IMG/VR virus record: IMGVR_UViG_3300033121_001713
Coordinates: 1-64,000 of that record
Length of the DNA stretch: 64,000 bases
Source: a virus
Lineage: Duplodnaviria > Caudoviricetes
Direction: 5' to 3' (one strand)
Shown here: piece after piece, positions 9,364 to 19,235 of the stretch
Position numbering within the stretch: the stretch's first letter is position 1
Layout of the letters: each line of letters begins with the position of its first letter
Program-made: the position numbers and the translations under genes
The notes under the pieces: generated by a model
Database searches by the model: none
Seen by the model: the letters and a program-made list of their open reading frames with translations, nothing else
Told to the model about the DNA's origin: nothing

Positions 9364-9738
9364 GTGCCATCCGTCTCTAAACGCCAGCAACGCCTCATGG
9401 CTCAGGCCTACGAGGTGAGGAAGCACCTGGACTCTGGGGGCGAGGAGGGCATAGATCCTAAAGAGCTCAGCCCACGATATCGAGACAAGATAGTTGAGCT
9501 AGCAAAGGGAATGAAGAAATCCGATCTCGAGCATTTCGCGAAGACAAAGAGGACTGGCTTACCAGACAAGAAAGTTTCAGAGAACAACTCCATCTCGACG
9601 GTAGATAACGTCAATGGAATGGGCGCGCCTGTCTTTCCAACGGCTACATCCGCTGGATCAGGCGACCTCCCACGAAGTTCGAAGCGCCTCAGGCGATTCA
9701 ACGAGTGGAAAAAGGTAAAGCGTCCTAAAAAGAGCTGA
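9364..9738 (+). CDS. DUF3008-like small basic protein
   Basis: GTG start gives MPSVSKRQQRLMAQA...AKGMKKSDLEHFAKTKRTGLP. Confidence 0.55.
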   Translation: MPSVSKRQQRLMAQAYEVRKHLDSGGEEGIDPKELSPRYRDKIVELAKGMKKSDLEHFAKTKRTGLPDKKVSENNSISTVDNVNGMGAPVFPTATSAGSGDLPRSSKRLRRFNEWKKVKRPKKS

Positions 9739-9757
9739 TAGATGGACAGTAAAGGGC

Positions 9758-9985
9758 ATGACCGTGAAGGCGATCCTACGAAAGAGACCCGATGCCAAGG
9801 CAATCTCGTTGATCTTGGCCACTTTCTTCAATCCGCTTGGATTCGACGCGGCTTTTGCTTTGGTCAAGGAATGGACCCAATCCTTCTGGATCACGGACGC
9901 AATTTTCTACGCCCTCTCCCTTTCATTCTTTGGATTGTATTTCTGGCTTTCACGAAAGCGTAAGGGCAAGCCCGACGCAACGTGA
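9758..9985 (+). CDS. Small two-TM membrane protein
   Basis: Two hydrophobic stretches, basic termini; GATAGATG variant motif at 9737-9744. Confidence 0.6.
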   Translation: MTVKAILRKRPDAKAISLILATFFNPLGFDAAFALVKEWTQSFWITDAIFYALSLSFFGLYFWLSRKRKGKPDAT

Positions 9986-9991
9986 GACCAT

Positions 9992-9998
9992 CATAGAA
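9992..9998 (+). promoter_or_regulatory. CATAGAA motif, 6 nt before dUTPase ATG
   Basis: Same 7-mer at the same spacing before clamp, helicase and clamp loader. Confidence 0.5.
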
Positions 9999-10004
9999 GG
10001 GTCG

Positions 10005-10457
10005 ATGAAATTCCTTAAGACTCGGGACGTTAAGAGTCCCAATCGCGGCACAAGCCATAGTGCTGGAATCGATCTCTTTGTACCCAACGACTGGAATGGA
10101 GGACACCCAATGGTCATGGATCATGGAGATTCTGTGTTGATTCCTTCTGGGATCAAGTTCAACGTTCCCAGGGGCAAGGTGTTGATAGCCGAAAACAAAT
10201 CCGGTGTCGCCACTAAAAAGGGCCTGATCCTTGGAGCTTGTGTCATCGACGAGGATTATCTCGGCGAGGTACACATCCACTTGATCAAGGCTACCAAGGG
10301 GCCCATTGAAGTATCGCCAGGTGATAAGATCATCCAACTAGTCCTGTCGACTGTGGAATACTGTGATCTCGATGAGGTGAAAAGTCTAGAGGAACTGTCA
10401 GAAGGAAAGTACACCGAGCGAGGAGAAGGAGCGTTCGGTTCAACTGGAACTAAGTGA
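10005..10457 (+). CDS. dut: Trimeric dUTPase
   Basis: AGIDL, KSGVA, VIDEDYLGE, GDKIIQL, RGEGAFGSTG. Confidence 0.95.
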   Translation: MKFLKTRDVKSPNRGTSHSAGIDLFVPNDWNGGHPMVMDHGDSVLIPSGIKFNVPRGKVLIAENKSGVATKKGLILGACVIDEDYLGEVHIHLIKATKGPIEVSPGDKIIQLVLSTVEYCDLDEVKSLEELSEGKYTERGEGAFGSTGTK

Positions 10458-10458
10458 C

Positions 10459-10686
10459 ATGGAGAAGCCTATTGGGACGCAAGGCGTCAAGATCAATAAC
10501 CTGTACGCTGATAGCACCGCGATCACCTGTGAGTGTGGTTCCGAACTCTTCACGGAGTGCATCAGGGTTAGGCGCCTATCTCGTCTCTTGACAGGCGAGC
10601 CCGAGGATCGAATTTTTCCATTGCCGGTCGTGGTGTGCAAGAGCTGTGGCAAAGAACTAGCCAAACCTTCCAGTGTAATCCAATGA
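10459..10686 (+). CDS. Small Zn-ribbon protein
   Basis: CECG...CKSCG. Confidence 0.7.
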   Translation: MEKPIGTQGVKINNLYADSTAITCECGSELFTECIRVRRLSRLLTGEPEDRIFPLPVVVCKSCGKELAKPSSVIQ

Positions 10687-12062
10687 TCCTAGACATTGAG
10701 ACCTTCGGCGATCGGCTTCGGATCTCTTACTATGACAAGCAAGGCAAGATCAAGCTGAAGGATTTCAGGGTCCCAGAGTGCGCAGACTGGTCGGTCTGCT
10801 CTTCGACCGATCCAAAACGATCGAAGGAGTTCACGAACTGGGACGGCTCAGCGGTGAAGAAAAGGCCGGCTAAGTTCCTCAACAAATTCTCCGTCCTTGA
10901 GTTCATCCAGAATCTTCCACTTGAAGACAAAGAAGAGATCACTGCGCTGAATTTTCCGGCCATCCAGTCTGTTGACATCGAGACCGAGATACTCGATTCA
11001 TTCCCAGATCCAAATGTGGCTCGAGAAAGGATCACGGCCATCGCTATCGCCACCGAAGATTGCAAGGTCACGGTGATGGGATGGAAGCCTATCACCGACG
11101 AGAAGAGAAAGTGGATCTTCGATCAACAGCGAGAATATCTCAAGGACTTTGGCCAATGGGACTTCAAGTATGTCTGCTTCGAGAATGAGCATGCCATGCT
11201 TCAGGCTTTCATCACCAAGGTCCTACCGAAGTGTTCGATGGTGACTGGATGGAATTTCAGTCAGTTCGACTGGAAGTACATCACCAATCGCTGTAAGCGT
11301 ATAGGCATCAGCGTTGCGGATTCCTCGCCTTCTAGAAGGGTGATGGGCAAGGAAGAGATTCCACTTCACATCGGCATCTGTGATTACATGGAGATCTACA
11401 AGAAGTGGGATCGATATGTGAAGGTGAAGGAGAGTAATTCGCTAGACTTCGTTGCAAACGCGGTACTTGGTGTCACTAAGCTCAAGTATCCTGGGACGCT
11501 GAAACAGCTCTATGAGGAAGACTACGAGAAATTCATCCTCTACAACTCGATCGACTCGGCTCTCGTTTGCCTGATCCACAAGAAGCTGAAGATCACGAAC
11601 GCTGCATTTTCGGTCTCTGTCTTCTGCGATCTACCGCTTTACAAGTGCAATTCTCCAGTTGCATTGACTGAGGCCCTCCTCTGGAAGGGCTATTACAAGC
11701 GAAAGATGGTGATCGCCGATGAGAAACTAGAGACACCAAAACAGCAATATGAAGGAGCCTATGTGAAGGAACCCAATATTGGATTCCATAGGGCAGTGAC
11801 TTGCTTCGACTATGCATCGCTGTATCCTTCGATCATGAGGCAATACAACATCTCGCCGGAATCGTTCATCAAGAAGGAGACCGATCCAGCAAAGATCGAG
11901 GCGGCCAAGAAGGATCCTACCAAAATCGTGGCTGCCAGTGGTTCGATATACAACAAGGATCTTTCGGTGATGAAGGAGATCCTTACTAACCTTTATGGAG
12001 ACCGGAGGCGTCACAAAGACCTCCACCTACGAATCGAAAAATACCTCGCAAAGAGGAAGTGA
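10683..12062 (+). CDS. gp43A: Family B DNA polymerase, N-terminal subunit (gp43A: exonuclease, motif A, first finger helix)
   Basis: Exo motifs DIET, GWNFSQFD, YNSIDS; YEGAYV; FDYASLYPSIM; ends before motif B. Confidence 0.9.
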   Translation: MILDIETFGDRLRISYYDKQGKIKLKDFRVPECADWSVCSSTDPKRSKEFTNWDGSAVKKRPAKFLNKFSVLEFIQNLPLEDKEEITALNFPAIQSVDIETEILDSFPDPNVARERITAIAIATEDCKVTVMGWKPITDEKRKWIFDQQREYLKDFGQWDFKYVCFENEHAMLQAFITKVLPKCSMVTGWNFSQFDWKYITNRCKRIGISVADSSPSRRVMGKEEIPLHIGICDYMEIYKKWDRYVKVKESNSLDFVANAVLGVTKLKYPGTLKQLYEEDYEKFILYNSIDSALVCLIHKKLKITNAAFSVSVFCDLPLYKCNSPVALTEALLWKGYYKRKMVIADEKLETPKQQYEGAYVKEPNIGFHRAVTCFDYASLYPSIMRQYNISPESFIKKETDPAKIEAAKKDPTKIVAASGSIYNKDLSVMKEILTNLYGDRRRHKDLHLRIEKYLAKRK

Positions 12063-12063
12063 A

Positions 12064-14604
12064 ATGACCGAAACATTGGAGCAGAGGAAGACATACACGA
12101 GGGAAGAGGCCATGGCGTCGAGCCTTGAGTACTTTGGCGGCAACGAACTACAGGCCACAGTCTTTGTCAACAAGTATGCGTTGAAGGATTCTCAAGGACG
12201 GATCTATGAGGCCAATCCGAGCATGATGCATTCTCGATTGGCCAAGGAGTTGGCCAGGATCGAGATGAAGTACCCTAAGCCAAGGTTCGATGAGAATTCG
12301 GCCTTCGAGCTGATGGATCGATTCAGGTTCATCATCCCTCAGGGATCGCCAATGGCAGGGATTGGCAACAACTTGCAGTACGTTTCGCTTTCTAACTGCT
12401 TCGTCATCGGCAACGATGGCCCGTCAGATTCTTATGGGGCCATCATGAAGACAGACCAGGAACAGATCCAGCTCATGAAGCGCCGTGGAGGTGTCGGGCA
12501 TGACCTGAGCAACATCAGGCCAAAGGGTTCGCCGGTCGAGAATTCTGCCCTGACCTCAACTGGAGTCGTTCCATTCATGGAGAGGTTCTCCAATTCAACA
12601 CGGGAGGTCGCCCAGGATGGCCGAAGAGGCGCGCTAATGTTGACCATCAGCTGCGATCACCCGGATGTCGAGGCGTTCATCGATGCAAAGATGGATAGCA
12701 CCAAGGTCACTGGCGCAAATGTCTCGGTTCGAGTCAGCGACCGTTTCATGCAAGCGGTGGCCAATGGAGACAGTGAATATGAGCTGAGGTTCCCGGTTCG
12801 CGGAGAACCGGTCTATACCAAGAAAGTGGATCCTCGGGTCCTCTGGAAGAAGATCATCCATAACGCATGGAAGTCGGCCGAGCCAGGTGTCCTTTTCTGG
12901 GACACGATCATCAGGGAATCCCTGCCGGATTGCTATGGGCATGCTGGGTTCGAAAGCACCTCGGTCAACCCATGTGGAGAGATCATCCTTTGCCCTGACG
13001 ATTCTTGCAGGCTGACGGCTATCAACCTGTACTCATACGTCAAGGATCCGTTCACAAAGAAAGCCCAGTTTGATTTCACGCTCTTTGATGAACATGTTCG
13101 CCTGGCCATGAGGTTCATGGACAATATCATCGACCTGGAGCTAGAGAAAATCGATAGGATCATCTCGAAGATCAAATCCGATCCAGAGCACATCGAGACA
13201 AAATCGGTCGAGCTCAACCTCTGGAAAAGGATCAGGAAGAAGTGCCATGAGGGCAGGCGCACTGGCCTGGGCATCACTGCCGAGGGAGACATGCTCGCGG
13301 CCTTGGGCCTGACGTACGGAACCAAGAAGGCCACGAATTTCACTGAAGAAGTTCATCGACAGTTCTGCATCTCTGCTTATAGGGAATCTTGCGAGATGGC
13401 CAAGGAACGAGGAAAGTTCGAACACTTCGACTCTAGCCTCGAGGAGAATAACCCATTCATGCAACGCCTGGCTGAGGCTGATCCGGAGCTTTATCAGGAT
13501 CTCAAGAAACATGGGCGCAGGAACATTGCGATGCTCACTATCGCGCCTACTGGCTCAGTCTCGATCTGTTCTAACACGACTTCTGGGATTGAGCCAGCTT
13601 TCATGATCTCCTATCGCAGGCGCAGGAAGGTCAATCCAAACGATAAGGGCGTCAAGGTTACCTTTGTGGATCAAGTAGGTGACTCATGGGAGGAGTACCA
13701 GGTCTTCCATCCTCACTTCGAAACATGGCTAGCATCGAACGGTTACGACGTTGAACAGGTGAAGAGAATGGAAGACCAAGAGATGGCTTCTATCATCGAA
13801 AAGTCTCCATATCACAAGGCAACCTCCAATGACGTAGATTGGGTCGAGAAAGTTGCGATGCAAGGAAGGATCCAAAAATGGGTGGATCACTCGATCTCCG
13901 TCACTGTCAATCTACCAAACGAAGTGACAGAGGAACTCGTGGCCGAGGTTTACATGAAGGCTTGGCGATCTGGTTGCAAGGGATGTACGGTATACCGAGA
14001 TGGCTCTCGCACTGGCGTTCTTGTATCGAACGAGGAGAAGAAGCAGAAAGAGCTATTCGGTGACACATCGGCCCCAAAGCGCCCAAAATCTCTGGACTGC
14101 GTGGTGACAAGGTTCACTAACCAAGGTGAGAAGTGGATCGGGTTCATCGGCCTACTCGATGGAAGGCCGTATGAGCTCTTCACAGGAGACATCGAAGACT
14201 TCCCGATCCCATCCTGGGTCGAATCCGGTCACATCGTCAAGGAGAAGAAGGGAGACAAGAGCTCCTATCACTTTGTCTACATAGACAAATCTGGAACGGA
14301 GATCAAGATGCCTAATTTGAACCATGCGTTCGATGACGACTATTACGACCTAGCGAAGACATTCTCGGCCATATTGAGGCATGGGATGCCTCTTCCATAC
14401 GTGATCGAGCTCATCGATGGGCTTCACTTGGATGGAGACCTCATCAACACATGGAAATCTGGAGTCAGGCGCATGCTCAAGAAGTTCATCAAGGACGGAA
14501 CGACTGTCTCTGGCAAGACATGCAAGGACTGTGGATCCACTTCCCTTGAATACAAGGAAGGCTGCATGACGTGTTCCGCTTGTGGCTCAAGTAAGTGTTC
14601 CTGA
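12064..14604 (+). CDS. nrdJ: Class II (B12-dependent) ribonucleotide reductase
   Basis: LSNCFV, RRGGVG, NPCGEI, CRL.AINL, APTGS, SISVTVNLP, KGCTVYRDGSR; C-terminal Zn ribbon. Confidence 0.9.
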   Translation: MTETLEQRKTYTREEAMASSLEYFGGNELQATVFVNKYALKDSQGRIYEANPSMMHSRLAKELARIEMKYPKPRFDENSAFELMDRFRFIIPQGSPMAGIGNNLQYVSLSNCFVIGNDGPSDSYGAIMKTDQEQIQLMKRRGGVGHDLSNIRPKGSPVENSALTSTGVVPFMERFSNSTREVAQDGRRGALMLTISCDHPDVEAFIDAKMDSTKVTGANVSVRVSDRFMQAVANGDSEYELRFPVRGEPVYTKKVDPRVLWKKIIHNAWKSAEPGVLFWDTIIRESLPDCYGHAGFESTSVNPCGEIILCPDDSCRLTAINLYSYVKDPFTKKAQFDFTLFDEHVRLAMRFMDNIIDLELEKIDRIISKIKSDPEHIETKSVELNLWKRIRKKCHEGRRTGLGITAEGDMLAALGLTYGTKKATNFTEEVHRQFCISAYRESCEMAKERGKFEHFDSSLEENNPFMQRLAEADPELYQDLKKHGRRNIAMLTIAPTGSVSICSNTTSGIEPAFMISYRRRRKVNPNDKGVKVTFVDQVGDSWEEYQVFHPHFETWLASNGYDVEQVKRMEDQEMASIIEKSPYHKATSNDVDWVEKVAMQGRIQKWVDHSISVTVNLPNEVTEELVAEVYMKAWRSGCKGCTVYRDGSRTGVLVSNEEKKQKELFGDTSAPKRPKSLDCVVTRFTNQGEKWIGFIGLLDGRPYELFTGDIEDFPIPSWVESGHIVKEKKGDKSSYHFVYIDKSGTEIKMPNLNHAFDDDYYDLAKTFSAILRHGMPLPYVIELIDGLHLDGDLINTWKSGVRRMLKKFIKDGTTVSGKTCKDCGSTSLEYKEGCMTCSACGSSKCS

Positions 14605-14612
14605 TACCGGCC

Positions 14613-14620
14613 GATAGATA
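14613..14620 (+). promoter_or_regulatory. Putative late promoter GATAGATA
   Basis: CCGGCC-GATAGATA, intergenic. Confidence 0.65.
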
Positions 14621-14641
14621 GGATCCAAACAAAGAGACATC

Positions 14642-16090
14642 ATGGCGTTCCTAAAGTTCAACGAATTCAGGAATCGATTCCTCAATGAGAGCGAGGCTAA
14701 TCCGCACGCTCCCGCAACTAGGCCCGCCATCGGTGGAGGAGCGGTCGACGATCAGAAGAGGGTCAGTGTGAGAATTCGTTACGCTAAGGCAGGATTCGAT
14801 CAGAAGGTTATCAACGAGCGCCTCAAGACGGTTGGTGGAATCGAGATCTTGAAGTCGAACATCGAATCCGGAGAGACGATAGAGCTTCACATCGACTTCC
14901 CAACTCAGGCGAAATTTGAGGAATTCCGTCGTATGCATGAGGCTCAGATCGTGAGCGAAGGGAAGGTGAGTTTCGAACTCATGGAAGAGGCCAAGACCGC
15001 GAGGATAGTGGTGGAGTCGACGCAGGCCGAGCTCGAGGGCGAGGTGTCGAGGGTGTTCTCGCGCCCCGTCAAGCTGAAGAAGGTCGACAAGGCCCCGAGC
15101 GCGGTGGTCCCCGGTCCGGCCGTCGGGCTCGGTGCCAAGGTGTGGGTCACGTCCAGGCGGGGCTCGACCGTCCGCACCACGACCTCCTACGTGCAGCACC
15201 CGGACCTCGGCATCTTTCTGGTGCAGCCCGTCAACGAGCAGCGGGTCGGTGCAGCACTGGACGAGACCTCCCGCAAGAGGATGGCCGCGTCGAAGGAGGC
15301 CGCGAAGGCGCTCTACGCCGTCGGGCAGATCGCCCGCATGGGCCCCGAGATCGGACCCAACGAGAGGAAGATGGTCGACGACATCATGAAGCGGCTGGAC
15401 AACCTGGTCGAGTCGCTGAGGAAGCAGATAGATTCCTGGCACGAAGAGTTGGAAGACATCATCTCCGATCCAATGATGGAAAGCTCTAAGCATGGCGATC
15501 TCGTCACAGAAAGTTCGAGGGACGAACTCAACGATCTAGCTGCGCGTTTGGTTGGAGATGGAAAGAGACCAAACTTTTACTTCGTTGGCAAGGTAGGCAA
15601 AGTCGAGTTGATTACAACTAACGGAGATCTCGCTTATTCGCATTGGAAATCGCTGTCGAAGCCAGGAGTTGAGACGATGATGGAAGATCGGCTGAACGGT
15701 TCAATCTCTAGCCAGTTGAAAGATGATGAGACTGGAAAGATAGTACTGATTGACGATTATGGGTCTAGCAGTCTCATAGAAAGCTCTCACCATGAGCAGC
15801 CAGTTTACAAGGTTGAATTCGCAATGGGTGGAAGCATGAAGAGAACAGAATTCAGGGATCTTCTTCGAAAGGTTGTAGATGGAGATAAAGCCGCCTTTGA
15901 AAAGATCCAAGGAGAGGTGGACGTGATCAATTCCGGACATTCTCATGGTCAGCCATCTCATAAACTGTCAATCGCCATGGGCGGATCCCTCTCTGAGGAA
16001 GAGTTTGAGGAATTGCTTGTGAAGGTTCTGAATGATGGCGACGAGAGTGCCTTCGAGAAGATTCAGGGAGAGGTAGACACGATCGATTGA
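14642..16090 (+). CDS. Capsid-targeting-tagged mosaic protein (putative internal head polyprotein)
   Basis: N-terminal MAFLKFNEF..FLNES; internal VVES, LVES, MMES, VTES, LIES; GC-rich internal block; C-terminal tandem repeat. Confidence 0.65.
   Translation: MAFLKFNEFRNRFLNESEANPHAPATRPAIGGGAVDDQKRVSVRIRYAKAGFDQKVINERLKTVGGIEILKSNIESGETIELHIDFPTQAKFEEFRRMHEAQIVSEGKVSFELMEEAKTARIVVESTQAELEGEVSRVFSRPVKLKKVDKAPSAVVPGPAVGLGAKVWVTSRRGSTVRTTTSYVQHPDLGIFLVQPVNEQRVGAALDETSRKRMAASKEAAKALYAVGQIARMGPEIGPNERKMVDDIMKRLDNLVESLRKQIDSWHEELEDIISDPMMESSKHGDLVTESSRDELNDLAARLVGDGKRPNFYFVGKVGKVELITTNGDLAYSHWKSLSKPGVETMMEDRLNGSISSQLKDDETGKIVLIDDYGSSSLIESSHHEQPVYKVEFAMGGSMKRTEFRDLLRKVVDGDKAAFEKIQGEVDVINSGHSHGQPSHKLSIAMGGSLSEEEFEELLVKVLNDGDESAFEKIQGEVDTID
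15788..16087 (+). repeat. Tandem ~50-aa protein repeat, two copies
   Basis: QP..K...AMGGS....EF..LL.KV..DGD..AFEKIQGEVD.I occurs twice. Confidence 0.85.
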
Positions 16091-16308
16091 TGCGAGTCGT
16101 CTTCGGAAGGAAAAGGTCCCGTCATAAGGTGATCTTTGAACAGGGTCCAAGTGACCTACATTTCATCCATGTGACCTTCAGCGAGGCCCCAAAGGATAAC
16201 ATCGGTTCCTATCGACACAAATACAGCTACTGGATTCTCGATACTCAGATGCCGAGGTTCAGGGAGTTGATGGCTAAGGATGGCCTCACTGTTGAGTCAG
16301 AGGAGTGA
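16090..16308 (+). CDS. Hypothetical protein
   Basis: TGATG-coupled, 72 aa. Confidence 0.55.
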   Translation: MRVVFGRKRSRHKVIFEQGPSDLHFIHVTFSEAPKDNIGSYRHKYSYWILDTQMPRFRELMAKDGLTVESEE

Positions 16309-16328
16309 CGGGCTGCACTACACAGGGT

Positions 16329-16335
16329 CATAGAA
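16329..16335 (+). promoter_or_regulatory. CATAGAA motif, 6 nt before clamp ATG, inside hairpin GGGTCA/TGACCC
   Basis: Recurrent motif; inverted repeat at 16325-16341. Confidence 0.5.
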
Positions 16336-16341
16336 TGACCC

Positions 16342-17100
16342 ATGAAGTCTCTCAAGGTCAAGAAGCTCAATAAGCCGGAGTTGAAGTCCTTCATTAGGAC
16401 TCTGCTCAACATCGGCGACAAGGTCTATTTCTCCATAGGCCCAGATGGAGTGAAGTCTGGAATGTACACCCAGGCTCATGATACGGCCATTCTTAAGCGG
16501 GTGGAGCTGAAGAAGATTATGGAGCCAGATGGCCAAATCGAGGAGGTCCGGATTGGTCTCTATAAGGACATCCCAGAAAGGCTTCTCAAGTACCTCGACA
16601 TCTTCGATTCCGAGACGCTTGAATGCTCGATCAACTATTTCACGTCGAGGAACGATAACATCAACTACGCTCAACAGATCGACCTTCGGGACAAGGGCCT
16701 GAAGATGAGCATCGTTTGCCAGGACCCAGCACTAGGATTCATTAGCTTGACTGATGATCAACAGAAGATCGCATTCGACGATAAGAACGCATTCTTCACA
16801 TTCGATCTCAGTAAGGAATCCTTGGCCAGGATCAACTCGCTTCTTGGGTTTGTCAAGGAGCCCAAGACTCTCATCAAGATCCGAGTAGAGGAAGATGGTC
16901 TCCACTTCGATGGAGACGTTTTCGATATGGTGGTCGATCCAGCAGTTACGGCCAAGGCGTCAACCAGCCAAGTTTTCAGGGAGGTCTTCGATCGAATACC
17001 ACTGGAGAACTATAAGGCCAGAATGTTCAAGAACAAGATCATATTGGTCTCCCAAGATTCTGAGACCAGGATCGCCATCAACCTAGCCCAAAATGCTTGA
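16342..17100 (+). CDS. gp45: Sliding clamp (gp45/PCNA-like)
   Basis: 252-aa alpha/beta protein with clamp-like two-domain pattern, coupled to the polymerase C-terminal subunit. Confidence 0.6.
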   Translation: MKSLKVKKLNKPELKSFIRTLLNIGDKVYFSIGPDGVKSGMYTQAHDTAILKRVELKKIMEPDGQIEEVRIGLYKDIPERLLKYLDIFDSETLECSINYFTSRNDNINYAQQIDLRDKGLKMSIVCQDPALGFISLTDDQQKIAFDDKNAFFTFDLSKESLARINSLLGFVKEPKTLIKIRVEEDGLHFDGDVFDMVVDPAVTAKASTSQVFREVFDRIPLENYKARMFKNKIILVSQDSETRIAINLAQNA

Positions 17101-18271
17101 GATTGAACAGCTGCTTGCGAGAGATGTCAATGATCTGACCGAAGAAGAGGTCGAGTTCCTCAGGACAGAGTCCATGAAGAACTACATGTTTGAGCAGTGC
17201 ATCAAGCTGATCATTAACTCTATCTACGGCGCTTTCGCAAACGAGTTCTTCCACTTCTATAACGTGGCCATCGCAGAGACTGTGACTCTGCAGGGACAGG
17301 ATGCCATCAAGCATACCGAGAAGATGACGAACGCATACTTCTTGGACTTCTTTCACAGGGACAAAGAATTGCATCGTGCGCTTGGTGTACCGGAGGATCA
17401 GGAGGTCCCAAAGCTAGTCAAGGATCCGTTCATCTATGCGGACACAGACAGCGGCTACATTGTCTTCGATGAGGCAATGAAAGCTGTCAAATGGCAAGGC
17501 TCAGTCAAGGACTTCATCCTTCGAATGAATGAGGTCAGGCTCAAGAAGTTCTTTGTCACTGTTCTTGAAAAGTATGCAAAGGACTCCGGAGTAGAGAACT
17601 ATCTCGATTTTGAGCTAGAGACGATAGCCGAGAACGGCATTTGGACTGCCAAGAAGAAGTACATCCAGAACATCATCTGGAAGGACGGTAAGGATTATGA
17701 GAATCTCTCGTTCATTAAGGCCACTGGACTTGAGATCATCCAATCGTCGACTCCGCTCTTCTGTCGCCAGAAGCTGATCCAGATCATGCAGCTGATCTTC
17801 TCGAAGAACGACATCACAAACGATAACTACACTGAGGTCATTCGGCTGATCAAGAATGTCAAGAAGGAATTCGAGCTATCGAACCTGGAGCAGATTTCAA
17901 TGGGCAGATCGATCTCAGATTACCACAAATACGTCGCAAACGACAACACCGCGTTTGAGCTTCGGCCATCATGTCCAATCCATGTCAGGGCTGGAGCATA
18001 CCATAACTTCCTGATCAACCAGAATCCCAAGCTGAAAGGTAAATATCAGCTGATCAATTCGAAGGACAAGATCAAATGGTATCATGCTAAGGATGATTTC
18101 TGCAACGTCTTTGCATACAAGGCAGGATCTCATCCCATCGAGGTAGCGCCTAAGATCGACATAGAAAGACAATTCCGAGCGACTATCATCGATCCGCTCA
18201 ATCGAATCATCGTTCCAGCTGGATACCAGCCATTGAATGCAACACTCGCCTACACCATAGGCCTATTCTGA
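17093..18271 (+). CDS. gp43B: Family B DNA polymerase, C-terminal subunit (gp43B)
   Basis: Motif B KLIINSIYG, TLQGQ, motif C YADTDS, AKKKY, GLEIIQSSTP, PIHVRA; C-terminal IGLF clamp-binding-like tail. Confidence 0.92.
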   Translation: MLEIEQLLARDVNDLTEEEVEFLRTESMKNYMFEQCIKLIINSIYGAFANEFFHFYNVAIAETVTLQGQDAIKHTEKMTNAYFLDFFHRDKELHRALGVPEDQEVPKLVKDPFIYADTDSGYIVFDEAMKAVKWQGSVKDFILRMNEVRLKKFFVTVLEKYAKDSGVENYLDFELETIAENGIWTAKKKYIQNIIWKDGKDYENLSFIKATGLEIIQSSTPLFCRQKLIQIMQLIFSKNDITNDNYTEVIRLIKNVKKEFELSNLEQISMGRSISDYHKYVANDNTAFELRPSCPIHVRAGAYHNFLINQNPKLKGKYQLINSKDKIKWYHAKDDFCNVFAYKAGSHPIEVAPKIDIERQFRATIIDPLNRIIVPAGYQPLNATLAYTIGLF

Positions 18272-18657
18272 TGAAGAAATCAAAGCCATCTGTCCGCTTC
18301 GTCTGTTTCACGTCCAAAAAGAAGGCCAAGGAGAAGTACTTCAGGATCGTGAAGTGGCCTAATCAATCCTTTTGGTTAGCTAACGCCGATATCAGGCCAG
18401 AAGATATCAAGCCGAACAATATCGGCCACGGTGAAGGTTATACCAAGGGCTCCTCTGCTCTGCATGCCATTGTCCTGATCAAGGATGGCAAATTCAAGGT
18501 CAGGGAGTTGACGAATGGGAAGATTCATACCTTCTCGCTTGTCGCTCGTAACGGCGAGGTCATCTTTCAGTCGAACAGGTACAAAGATCGCTCGTTGATG
18601 GCCGAGGACATCGGATGCATCATGGAGTGTCAAAATGCCGACATCTTCTACGAATGA
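18271..18657 (+). CDS. YegP/DUF1508-like protein
   Basis: Two repeats: IGHGEGY...SALHAI and FSLVARNGEVIFQSNRY. Confidence 0.6.
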   Translation: MKKSKPSVRFVCFTSKKKAKEKYFRIVKWPNQSFWLANADIRPEDIKPNNIGHGEGYTKGSSALHAIVLIKDGKFKVRELTNGKIHTFSLVARNGEVIFQSNRYKDRSLMAEDIGCIMECQNADIFYE

Positions 18658-19217
18658 GGACAGTCAAGACCCTTGGCGGTGTCTTGGAAGAACAAGACAT
18701 CTATGTGGCTATATCTGCCATCAGACAACAGCTCGATCGTGTGGAAAGGCTTGTCCGAAGGTTTGTTCCTGAGCCTACACCTATACAACGCATGGGTATC
18801 GAGATTCGTCAGCTGAAGGATCGCACAATCGACAAGGATTGGCTAGAGCGATCCAGCCGAGTTGTTGAGGTTGAGGATGAGCTTGCAGAGAAAGGCATGG
18901 AGCTCAAGGCCCAGAACCAACAGAAGGACATGTTGCTGCCGACTCAGTTTGTCGTGTCGTTTCGTGACAATCCCGGTCTTGTCCTGGGATCGGTATCAGA
19001 TCCAGTAAACGGAGTATGGTTCTCCGTAGTTGGAAGCCATCCTATCACTGGCATGCCTATTGTGGCATGCCATGGATCCATGGAGGCCGGAACAGTAGGG
19101 CTCAATCTGAAAGAGGCATTGAGGAGGGGCTTCGATGGGATCTGCGTGACTCAACCGTTCGACATCAGGATTTGGGACTCGTTGGATGGCACATGGCGCC
19201 CACCTCAACTGGATTGA
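18654..19217 (+). CDS. Hypothetical protein
   Basis: ATGA-coupled ORF. Confidence 0.6.
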   Translation: MRTVKTLGGVLEEQDIYVAISAIRQQLDRVERLVRRFVPEPTPIQRMGIEIRQLKDRTIDKDWLERSSRVVEVEDELAEKGMELKAQNQQKDMLLPTQFVVSFRDNPGLVLGSVSDPVNGVWFSVVGSHPITGMPIVACHGSMEAGTVGLNLKEALRRGFDGICVTQPFDIRIWDSLDGTWRPPQLD

Positions 19218-19235
19218 TCTTCGGCTAAGCAAAGA

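Noticed and set aside
14651-15493. 280-aa minus ORF and alternative-frame ORFs in the GC-rich block
   Set aside because: Explained by stop-codon scarcity in GC-rich DNA; low-complexity Arg/Pro/Gly translations
12062-17093. Intron or intein interrupting the polymerase
   Set aside because: The interval holds intact unrelated genes, both halves have their own start and stop, and no intein termini were seen
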